This document shows positions 9,660 through 17,591 of a stretch of DNA of 48,301 nucleotides, piece by piece. Origin of the DNA: an uncultured Bacteroidaceae bacterium (GTDB lineage: Bacteria; Bacillota; Clostridia; Christensenellales; CAG-917); the NCBI GenBank assembly GCA_964414205.1, contig CAYPVP010000003.1:1-48301 (forward strand), in the 5' to 3' direction. Under the pieces are notes generated by a model that was given only the letters and a program-made list of their open reading frames with translations, was not told the origin of the DNA and did not search any database. The position numbers were made by a program, and so were the translations under genes. Each line of letters begins with the position of its first letter. The first letter of the stretch is position 1.

Positions 9660-9828
9660 TTTGGGTGGCAACAAGAAAATTGGAGAAATTGACTAACCAC
9701 AAAAATAGGGAAAGCAATAAACTAGAACGCAATATACTTGAAACAGTGGAAAGGGAAAAACAGCACTAATACGAAATGACTTTGGGGTCACAACAAGAAA
9801 AATGCAGAAAAGCACCAACCACAAAAAT
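9660..9828. repeat. Pair of imperfect ~47-bp direct repeats about 121 bp apart
   Basis: TTTGGGTGGCAACAAGAAAATTGGAGAAATTGACTAACCACAAAAAT (about 9660-9706) versus TTTGGGGTCACAACAAGAAAAATGCAGAAAAGCACCAACCACAAAAAT (about 9781-9828). Confidence 0.6.
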
Positions 9829-9967
9829 CACTTAAATCCAAAACCAAATTTGTGGCACGATTTTTGTTGTGCAATTCCAAAGTAGTTTTGTTTCGGTGTT
9901 TACTTTGCAAAGATAAATTTGTATAATGAAGATGATTGAAACAAAGAAAAAGGGAAAAATATAAACA

Positions 9968-10435
9968 ATGGAAAAATTTGTAAAAGAATCATATACAGAA
10001 CAAGTGCACATTTTGACACAAGCCGACATGAATGGCTACAAACGATTGTTTGGAGGCCGTTTGATGTCGTGGATTGACATTGTTGCAGCCGTTGTCGCAC
10101 GCCGACACTCATGCAAAAATGTTACAACTGCAAGTGTTGACAAATTGGAGTTTCGTGGACCTGCAAGAGAAAACGACACAATTTATATGACAGGAACATT
10201 GACCTATGTTGGCAGAACTTCAATGGAAGTTTGCGTTCGTGCTTTTGTTGAAGAATTGACAGGAGAAAGAAAACTCATCAACAAGGCATATGTTGTTTTG
10301 GTTGCACTTGATGAAAATGACCAACCAGTTGAAGTTCCAAGATTGGTTTTGCAAACTGACGCCGAAAGAAAAGAATGGGAAGGTGCAGAAAAAAGAAACA
10401 ATCTTCGCAAAAAAAGAAAAGAAGAAAAGTATTAA
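9968..10435 (+). CDS. Acyl-CoA thioesterase (hotdog fold, YciA/BFIT-like)
   Basis: Family-typical N-terminal half (HILTQADMNGYKRLFGGRLMSWIDIVAAVVARRH ... VTTASVDKLEFRGP). 155 aa. Confidence 0.8.
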   Translation: MEKFVKESYTEQVHILTQADMNGYKRLFGGRLMSWIDIVAAVVARRHSCKNVTTASVDKLEFRGPARENDTIYMTGTLTYVGRTSMEVCVRAFVEELTGERKLINKAYVVLVALDENDQPVEVPRLVLQTDAERKEWEGAEKRNNLRKKRKEEKY

Positions 10436-10616
10436 AATTGTAAAGGCGTTTCAACAAATCTAACAAACGAATAAATTTTCAAATTGACAATTTAGCAATG
10501 TAACAATCAAAAATTTTCAAACAGACAAACAAATAACTTAAAATCTAAAAATTTTATTTATCAATCTTATAATAGAAAAAATCAATATATAAATTTTCAA
10601 ATATATGAACATATAA

Positions 10617-10667
10617 ATATAGATTATATGAAATGTGCAAATATAGATTATGTGAAATATGCAAATA
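10617..10667. repeat. 24-bp tandem repeat, about 2.1 copies (ATATAGATTATrTGAAATrTGCAA)
   Basis: Units at 10617-10640 and 10641-10664, plus a partial third. Intergenic. Confidence 0.7.
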
Positions 10668-10828
10668 AACAAAAACTCAAATATATTAGATTGTAAAAGT
10701 TTACTTAGTTTACAAAATCTAAAAATACAAGATTAGATAAAAAAGATTGGAAAAATACAAATAAAAGGACAGTTTGATGCTTGCAAATGTGAAAATTGGT
10801 GATAGAATGTTTTGGATAGGAGGAAACT

Positions 10829-11953
10829 ATGGGGGTAGTTTATGTGCCAATGACAATCAGTCTGTTGGGACTTTCAATTATTTCAGCATTCATGCTGACG
10901 CAACCAATTGAAAGAAAACCAATAAAATTGATTTCCATTTTCTTGTTTGGTGCTACGATTGTCTTTGATACATTAGATTATGTTTTTTTTAAAGTATCGC
11001 CAAACATTCAGTTGAGAATTGTTTTTTCAACATTATTCTATATTTTTGAACCATTATTTATCTTTTCGTTCATGCATGACCAAAAGCCTGCAAAAAAGTG
11101 GATAAGATATCTTTTGTTTGTTCCAATGGTTTTGGAAGTGTGCATTATGATTGCAAATGTGTGGACAGGTTGGGTGTTTGCAATTTCAGAAAATGATGTT
11201 TTGCTTCGTGGACCATTGAACTTTTTTCCACATTTGATTTCACTTTGTGGGCTGTTTTATATCATCGGTTCAATCATCAAAAACTCATATGAATCAAGAA
11301 GATTTGAAGCGCCATTGTTCATTGTGATTCTAATCATTGTTTTGGCATTCTTTTTGGGCGAAATTTTTCTTGGTGTGCGTTTGTATGTTTGGAATGTTTC
11401 TGCATTGTTTGTTGAAATCTATCTTTGCACATTGTTTTTTAGAAGATTGCACCGTGACAGAATGACAGGGCTTTTGAACCGTGAGCATTTTGAAAATGCT
11501 CTCAAAGAAAATGTGAAAATCAAACAAAAATTCGCAGTTGTTTTTGACCTTGACAATCTCAAAGAAATCAATGACACCTATGGACACTTTGTTGGTGACA
11601 AATACATTTCTTTGGCAGGTGAAATTGTCAATGAAAACTTTTGTGACATTGGCTATGTCTATCGAATTGGTGGTGATGAGTTTGCTGTCATTGGAGCCTA
11701 TTTCAATCCACAAATGGTTCAGCAACGACTTGAAAATTGTTCCGTGATGTCAAAAGACGCAAAAGTTGGAATGTCCTATGGTTTTGCAACAGCAAAAAAA
11801 GGAGAAGGCATTTTGGCACTCTATCAAAATGCTGACAAAGAAATGTATCAAAACAAAACGCAAAGAAAACAAGATGTTTTGAATGAAGAAAAACCTGTGG
11901 CAGAAACAAAAGATTTCAAATTTGCCATTGATAAAAATGAAAAATCAAAATAA
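10829..11953 (+). CDS. Membrane-anchored diguanylate cyclase (multi-TM N-terminus plus GGDEF domain)
   Basis: About six hydrophobic helices followed by a GGDEF domain with intact RIGGDEF. AGGAGG RBS. Confidence 0.9.
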   Translation: MGVVYVPMTISLLGLSIISAFMLTQPIERKPIKLISIFLFGATIVFDTLDYVFFKVSPNIQLRIVFSTLFYIFEPLFIFSFMHDQKPAKKWIRYLLFVPMVLEVCIMIANVWTGWVFAISENDVLLRGPLNFFPHLISLCGLFYIIGSIIKNSYESRRFEAPLFIVILIIVLAFFLGEIFLGVRLYVWNVSALFVEIYLCTLFFRRLHRDRMTGLLNREHFENALKENVKIKQKFAVVFDLDNLKEINDTYGHFVGDKYISLAGEIVNENFCDIGYVYRIGGDEFAVIGAYFNPQMVQQRLENCSVMSKDAKVGMSYGFATAKKGEGILALYQNADKEMYQNKTQRKQDVLNEEKPVAETKDFKFAIDKNEKSK

Positions 11954-12030
11954 GAAATCTAATAGAAAATTTAAAAGAAAATTTAAAAGAGAAAACTAAT
12001 TTAAAATCTAATTAAGAGTTTGTTCAAGAG

Positions 12031-12061
12031 AAAAAGCCGAAACTTGCGTTTCGGCTTTTTC
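12031..12061. terminator. Bidirectional rho-independent terminator
   Basis: AGCCGAAAC-TTGC-GTTTCGGCT hairpin flanked by an A-run and a T-run. Lies between the convergent GGDEF and GRE genes. Confidence 0.85.
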
Positions 12062-12107
12062 AAAGGAAAGTAATTAGAATCGGCTTTTGCAAGCCATCTT
12101 TGAAAAT

Positions 12108-15100
12108 TTAGGAAAGTCCATATTCGGCACGGTTGATGAGTTCCATTTGCATTTCTTTGTTGCATTGGACAAAATAGGCATTGTAACCTGAAATTCTGAC
12201 CAACAAATCACGATATTCATCAGGGTTTGCCATTGCAGCACGCATAGTTTTGCTTGAAATGACGTTGAATTGCATTTGCATTCCACCCAAATCGCAATAG
12301 GCTTTTGCATATGCAAAAAGGTTGTCAACGGTTTGCTTGTGAGTGTCTTTTGCTGATGGTGTGACTTTGACATTGAATGCAATGTTGTTGTTCAAAGTGT
12401 GTGGGTCTAGTTTTGCAACGGCTGAAAGATTGTCAAGCAAGTTTTTTGATGCAGTTGGTTCTGGTGTGAGTCCAGGTGTGAAAGGCTTTCCTGCCAAACG
12501 ACCTGATGGCAAAGCACCTGTCAAAGTTCCAAAAGCAACGTGGTTTGACATTGACCACCAGCCTGTTGTATATCTTCCACCACGGAAATTTCGTTTTTCC
12601 CACAAATAGTCACTGATGAATTTTGTGACGGAGTTTGCCATTTGTGTGGCTTCTTCGCTTGCTGAACCAAATTGTGCAACTGATTTCATCAAAACTTGTC
12701 GCATGTCTTCAAAGCCAACAAAGTTTGCTTTTATGGCAGTCACAAGTTGTTGCATTGAATATTTTTTGTCTTCAAACACAAGTTTTTTGACTGCAAGAAG
12801 TGAGTCGGTGATGTCGGCAAGTCCAATGCAAGCAATTCCTGATGAATTATATTTTGCACCACCAAGTGTCACATCTTTGCCCTTTTCGATGCAACCTTCA
12901 ACACAACCTGACATCATTGGAGTTGGTCGAATGATGCTGTGCGCTTCGCCCAATTTGTTGTTGTAGTCGATGGAGTAGTCAAGCAAACTGAATGTTTGTT
13001 TTTTGAAGGCATCATAGAATTCTTCAAAAGTCTTGAAGTTTTCAGGGTCACCTGTTTTTGGGCCAAGTGTCCATCTCATCAATGGATGATAGCCGTTGTT
13101 GATTGCCATTTCAAGGCATGCAACAGTGTTGAACATCATGCAGTTTGTGTGTCCGATGTGCTTGCCAGTGATTGTTGGTTCAACGCAACCAGTTGCCGAC
13201 CAGTTGTTGAGTTCATTTTGTGGATAGTGGAAGCCATCAAGAGATTTCATGACGATTTCATCATTGTGAATTGATGGCGTTCCGTGAGTGTTGACATTCA
13301 CTTCGCATAAACGCTTCAAATAGGCAACGCTGTTTTTGGTGTTGTTGAATCTTGCGTTGATGTTTGGGTCACGAAGTCCCAACATTTCGGTGACTTTCAA
13401 AATGATGTAGGTCATGTCGTTGACTGCATCTTCACCATCTTGTGTGACTCCACCAACTGTGATTGCTTGGTTTGCACCTGATGCTCCAAACAAGTGGTTG
13501 CCCATGTCAGGAACAAGTGGTTGGTGGTCGGTCATTGCCATGAACAAGCAACCCATCAAATCTATTGAATGTTTGACAAAGTCGTCTTTTTCTTGTTTTG
13601 TTTTCAATTTGCTGATGCTGTTGGCAAAATATGGTTGCATGAGTTGGTCAAGTCGTCCAATTGAGAAACCAGCATTGAAGTTTTCAAGGTGAACAGCAAT
13701 CCAGTGAATCCAAATGGCTTGCATTGCCTCATCATAGGTTTCAACATTTCCTTTTGCAATTTTTGCACAAATTTTTGCAGTGTTCAAAAGTTCATTTTTT
13801 CTTGTTTCACATGTTTCAGTTTGTGCTTGATTGAATGCCTCTTGTGACAAGTGTTCGGTGTATGCCACAATTCCTTGATAGCAGGCTTTGATGGCGTTCA
13901 AAGTGTTGATTTTTTGAATGTCACTTTTGTTTGTTTTCAAAAGTTCATCTTCGCATTCTTTCACAATTCCAACTGCACCAATTTTCAAAAATTTTTCATG
14001 GTCGATGACTGTGTGTGAAAAAGCCGTTGTCTTCCACAAATAGTTGACTGCAAATCTTTCATCAGTTTTTTGGCAAGTTGGTTCGCCATATTTGTTTCTG
14101 ACATATTCTCTGAAATTGCGATTTAGCCAAAATGGGAACAATTCGCTGTTCACTTTTTTGATTTCTTCATCGGTCATTCGTTTGTATGGTGTATATGGTC
14201 TTGTGTCGGTTGAAAACAGTTCTGCCCAAATTGCAAGAGCAACTGCATCAGGATACATGATGACTCCAATTTCTTTTCCAGTGGTTGTGCCTGCAAGCAA
14301 GTCATTTTTTCTGATGACAGGCTTGTGCTTTTCCATAAGGTTTTTGAACATGAGTCCTTGTCTAAGTGTTGGGTCCCATGCTGTGCCATCGTTTTGTGTT
14401 TCAAAACCATTTTTTTTGTGCCAATCGGTGATGAGTTCAACTCTTTCCAAACAAAATTCAGGCATTTCGTTGAGGTGTCTGTCCAAAAATGGTTTCAAAC
14501 GAGGGAAATCATCAAGTTTGAATTTTGACAAATACTCGTCTTCGCCAATAAATTTCACGCCTTTGTCCACAAAATCGGCAGGCATATATTCTTTTTTGGC
14601 TTTTTTGACTTCATCTGGTTTGATTTCTTCCATGTGAGCATCAACTTGTCTTGATTTTGTAATTTCAGATGAAGACTTTTTCATTTTCTTTGATTGCATA
14701 TCTTTCAAAATGACAGAAATCAAAAAGTTGAAATATTGAATTTTCAAAAGGTTTCCACTTGTAGAAATTTTGTTTTTGAGCAACAACAACATGATTTCGT
14801 TTGGTGGAAGTGATGCCATAAGTTTCAATGCAACAGTGTTTTCGGCAATCAAAATGCACTCTGCTTGGTCAATTCCTTTCAGCACTTTTGCCTTGCCATC
14901 TTTGAAAACAATTGTTTGTGCAACATTTCCGTTTTCGGTGGTGATTCCAACAGACAAATTGTTCCAGCCATTGTCATATCTCAAAAAATCATTATATTTT
15001 TTGATTGTGTTGAAAAGTGTTGCCATTGCTTTCAAAGCAATTCTGACAGTTGTGTCAGCGACGCCTTTTTTTGCATCGGCAAGTTGAAATTTTTGTCCTG

Positions 15101-15131
15101 CAACAAATATCTTTTGTGTTTCTTGTGTCAT
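12108..15131 (-). CDS. Glycyl-radical enzyme (PFL2/dehydratase-eliminase-like) with an N-terminal SCP2-like domain; substrate unknown
   Basis: C-terminal glycyl-radical motif VRISGYNAYF (Gly codon at 12186-12188). Thiyl loop ATGCVEP (Cys codon 13185-13187, Glu two residues on), as in the glycerol/propanediol dehydratase, CutC and HypD class. Residues 1-145 (nt about 14697-15131) read as an SCP2 sterol-carrier fold. A Lys/Glu-rich linker follows before the canonical GRE N-terminus (CLERVELITDWHKK). Confidence 0.9.
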   Translation of the reverse strand: MTQETQKIFVAGQKFQLADAKKGVADTTVRIALKAMATLFNTIKKYNDFLRYDNGWNNLSVGITTENGNVAQTIVFKDGKAKVLKGIDQAECILIAENTVALKLMASLPPNEIMLLLLKNKISTSGNLLKIQYFNFLISVILKDMQSKKMKKSSSEITKSRQVDAHMEEIKPDEVKKAKKEYMPADFVDKGVKFIGEDEYLSKFKLDDFPRLKPFLDRHLNEMPEFCLERVELITDWHKKNGFETQNDGTAWDPTLRQGLMFKNLMEKHKPVIRKNDLLAGTTTGKEIGVIMYPDAVALAIWAELFSTDTRPYTPYKRMTDEEIKKVNSELFPFWLNRNFREYVRNKYGEPTCQKTDERFAVNYLWKTTAFSHTVIDHEKFLKIGAVGIVKECEDELLKTNKSDIQKINTLNAIKACYQGIVAYTEHLSQEAFNQAQTETCETRKNELLNTAKICAKIAKGNVETYDEAMQAIWIHWIAVHLENFNAGFSIGRLDQLMQPYFANSISKLKTKQEKDDFVKHSIDLMGCLFMAMTDHQPLVPDMGNHLFGASGANQAITVGGVTQDGEDAVNDMTYIILKVTEMLGLRDPNINARFNNTKNSVAYLKRLCEVNVNTHGTPSIHNDEIVMKSLDGFHYPQNELNNWSATGCVEPTITGKHIGHTNCMMFNTVACLEMAINNGYHPLMRWTLGPKTGDPENFKTFEEFYDAFKKQTFSLLDYSIDYNNKLGEAHSIIRPTPMMSGCVEGCIEKGKDVTLGGAKYNSSGIACIGLADITDSLLAVKKLVFEDKKYSMQQLVTAIKANFVGFEDMRQVLMKSVAQFGSASEEATQMANSVTKFISDYLWEKRNFRGGRYTTGWWSMSNHVAFGTLTGALPSGRLAGKPFTPGLTPEPTASKNLLDNLSAVAKLDPHTLNNNIAFNVKVTPSAKDTHKQTVDNLFAYAKAYCDLGGMQMQFNVISSKTMRAAMANPDEYRDLLVRISGYNAYFVQCNKEMQMELINRAEYGLS

Positions 15132-15153
15132 AATATCTCCAAATTTTTTGATT

Positions 15154-16080
15154 TTAGTTTAATTGACATGCAAGTTGTATGTTCCTTGATGTAAAAATTT
15201 CGTTCATTTTTTTGAGTTCGACTTGTGTTTGCCAAGTTTTGCCTTCGAGCGTTTTTTCGGGCATGTCAACGCCAATTTTGTCGTTTTTCTTTGTCCAAGT
15301 TGGGTTGTATGGCAACAAATCGGCTTGTTTTATGCCTTGTTCGTTCAAGAAGTTGGCAATTCCAACAAGATTTTCTTGTGTATCGGTTATGTTTGGAATC
15401 AATGGTGTTCGTGGCAACAGTTGCAAGTTGTTTGTTTTTGAAAATTCTGCAAGTCGAGAAAAGTTTTCTTTGATGATTTTGTTTTCAGTTCCACAATATT
15501 TTTTGTGTTGTTCGTTGTCGGCAATTTTCAAATCAAAATATATCATGTCGACATATGGCAACATAAATTTTTCAAAAGTGCCATAGTTGAATGCCCCACA
15601 AGTTTCAAGCAATGTGTGAATGCCATTTTCTTTGCATTTTTTCAGCAATTCTCCAACAAATTCTGGAAAGAGTGTTGCTTCGCCTCCTGAAACAGTGACT
15701 CCTCCACCTGAAACATTGTAAAATGGTTTGTATTGAAGGACTTTTTCAAACAATGCATCAACTGTCCAATCTTCGCCCACTTTTGAAAGTGCTTGTGATG
15801 GACAAACTTTTGTGCATTCAAAACATTTGATACATTTGTTACGGTCAACAAATTTGCTGTTTGCAAATGACAAAGCACCTTTTTTGCAAGTGTTCACACA
15901 TTTTTGACAGCCAATACATTCGTCCTTGTCAAAAGAAAGTTCAGATTCAATGAGTTTGCTTTCAGGGTTGTGACACCAAACACATTTCAAAGGACAGCCC
16001 TTGAAAAATATTGTAGTTCTGATGCCTGGTCCGTCGTCCAGTGAATTTCCTTTTATTTCCAAAACCTTTGGTGCAATCAT
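15154..16080 (-). CDS. Glycyl-radical enzyme activating enzyme (radical SAM, with ferredoxin-like auxiliary cluster insert)
   Basis: CPLKCVWCHNPE (CX3CX2C) near the N-terminus. Two further cluster motifs, CIGCQKCVNTC and CIKCFECTKVCP. GGGAGG RBS. Lies 22 nt upstream of the GRE. Confidence 0.9.
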   Translation of the reverse strand: MIAPKVLEIKGNSLDDGPGIRTTIFFKGCPLKCVWCHNPESKLIESELSFDKDECIGCQKCVNTCKKGALSFANSKFVDRNKCIKCFECTKVCPSQALSKVGEDWTVDALFEKVLQYKPFYNVSGGGVTVSGGEATLFPEFVGELLKKCKENGIHTLLETCGAFNYGTFEKFMLPYVDMIYFDLKIADNEQHKKYCGTENKIIKENFSRLAEFSKTNNLQLLPRTPLIPNITDTQENLVGIANFLNEQGIKQADLLPYNPTWTKKNDKIGVDMPEKTLEGKTWQTQVELKKMNEIFTSRNIQLACQLN

Positions 16081-16508
16081 TTGTGCCTCCCTTTTTTTTG
16101 ATGGTTGACAGTGTCAACGATTTATTCATAAAAAGTATAAGTAAAAATCAATCGATAAAAAAGTATTTATTACAGTTATGAAGTTTATATCATAAAAAAA
16201 CAAAAAGCAACAAAAAATTTACACATTCGATAAAAATTTATCAATTTGTAAAAAGTGTTCAAAAGTTTCTGAACAATTCGTAATTTTTGTTTAGTAATTA
16301 GGTTCAAAAATTCATAGTTATGTAAACATGTTGACATTGTAAAATTTGAACAAATGCAAATTTGAAGTTGAAATTTTTTGGTTTGAAAGCATAATATTTT
16401 TCATCAATATTGACAATGCTACACATTGGACTATAATGAAAACAAAGAAAAATAAATTCAACTTGTTTGCTATTTTTGGCACGAGTTGAAAACTTTAAAG
16501 GAGAAAAA

Positions 16509-17144
16509 ATGGAAAAATCAAAAAATAACAAATTGAAAAATTTGAAATTGACATCTGTTTTTGCAAGCATTCTCTATGTGATTTTTGGAATTTTGATTTG
16601 TGCGCTTCCAGAAACTGCAAGAACAATTTTGGTCTATACTTTTGGTGCGTTGTTGATTATGCGAGGACTTGTCAGCATGTTCAACTTTTTTGGCTATGGA
16701 TTTGAGCCTTTTGGTTTCATCAGAGGAATTGTTGAATTGACACTTGGCATATTGGTCATGTGCTATGCAGAATGGGTTGCAGGCACATTGTTTGGTGTGC
16801 TGTTTGGAATCTACTTTATTTTGAAAGCATTGCTTGAAATTCAAGAATCATTTGATTTGTCAAAAGCAGGTGTCAAAATTTGGTGGGTCAATCTTCTTTT
16901 TGCACTTGTGACATTGATTTTGGGAATTGTTCTTCTCATCAATCCATTTGTTGGTGCAAATGCTGTGATGATTTATATTGGGGCATCATTGATTGTTGAT
17001 GGAGTCCTTTCGCTCATTGCAATCATTTTTGTTGCAAGCAAGGTGAAAAAGATGAAAAAGACAGTGAAAGATTTGGTTAAGACAGACAAAAACGAACCAC
17101 TCGAAGCAGACTATGTTGTTGACAAAGATGGAAACATCAAATAG
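16509..17144 (+). CDS. HdeD/DUF308-family membrane protein
   Basis: Six hydrophobic helices with the repeating pattern typical of DUF308. Start moved to ATG 16509, preceded by AAAGGAGAAAAA. Confidence 0.6.
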   Translation: MEKSKNNKLKNLKLTSVFASILYVIFGILICALPETARTILVYTFGALLIMRGLVSMFNFFGYGFEPFGFIRGIVELTLGILVMCYAEWVAGTLFGVLFGIYFILKALLEIQESFDLSKAGVKIWWVNLLFALVTLILGIVLLINPFVGANAVMIYIGASLIVDGVLSLIAIIFVASKVKKMKKTVKDLVKTDKNEPLEADYVVDKDGNIK

Positions 17145-17255
17145 CAAAGTGAAACTTGCAACTTGAAAAGTTTGAAACACAAAATTGAAGCACGCAGTTT
17201 GAAACATAGTTTGAAATGCAAAATTTGATTTGAATGTAACACAAATTTAGAAAAC

Positions 17256-17286
17256 AAAAAGCAACCAATGATGGTTGCTTTTTTTG
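17256..17286 (+). terminator. Rho-independent terminator
   Basis: GCAACCA-ATGA-TGGTTGC hairpin (17261-17278) followed by TTTTTTT, with an A-run upstream. Confidence 0.8.
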
Positions 17287-17472
17287 ATGAACAATATTGT
17301 TGCTGCAATTTGTAGATTTTGAATGTTCAACGACAAGATGGCAGATTGAAAATGATGTTGTCAAGTTGTTGAATGATTGTTAGGTGTGTAGGTTTGCCAA
17401 TTTGTTGAATGGTTTTCAATGCGTAGACTTTTTGCCAAGATGTTGATGTTTTCATCAAACTTTTGACATACT

Positions 17473-17577
17473 TGTCAAAAACTTCATTCGCTTGTGACAA
17501 AAGTTCATTCACGGGTGGCAATGCTTCTCTCACTGGTGACAATACTTTGTTCAATCGTGACAATGCTTCATAAAAAT
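17473..17577. repeat. Five units of an exact 21-nt-period repeat (GTGrCAA...)
   Basis: GTGACAA/GTGGCAA/GTGACAA/GTGACAA begin at 17494, 17515, 17536 and 17557, with a degenerate unit at about 17473. In the minus-strand ORF 17327..17635 they translate as heptads EALSRLN/KVLSPVR/EALPPVN/ELLSQAN. Confidence 0.7.
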
Positions 17578-17591
17578 GCGTTTTGCCTTTG

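Noticed and set aside
12343-15087. Multiple plus-strand ORFs (88-197 aa) inside the GRE gene, with similar antisense ORFs inside the ABC, metH, glmM and permease genes
   Set aside because: These are shadow ORFs antisense to, or out of frame with, well-supported long CDSs. Their composition is low-complexity and they have no start context.
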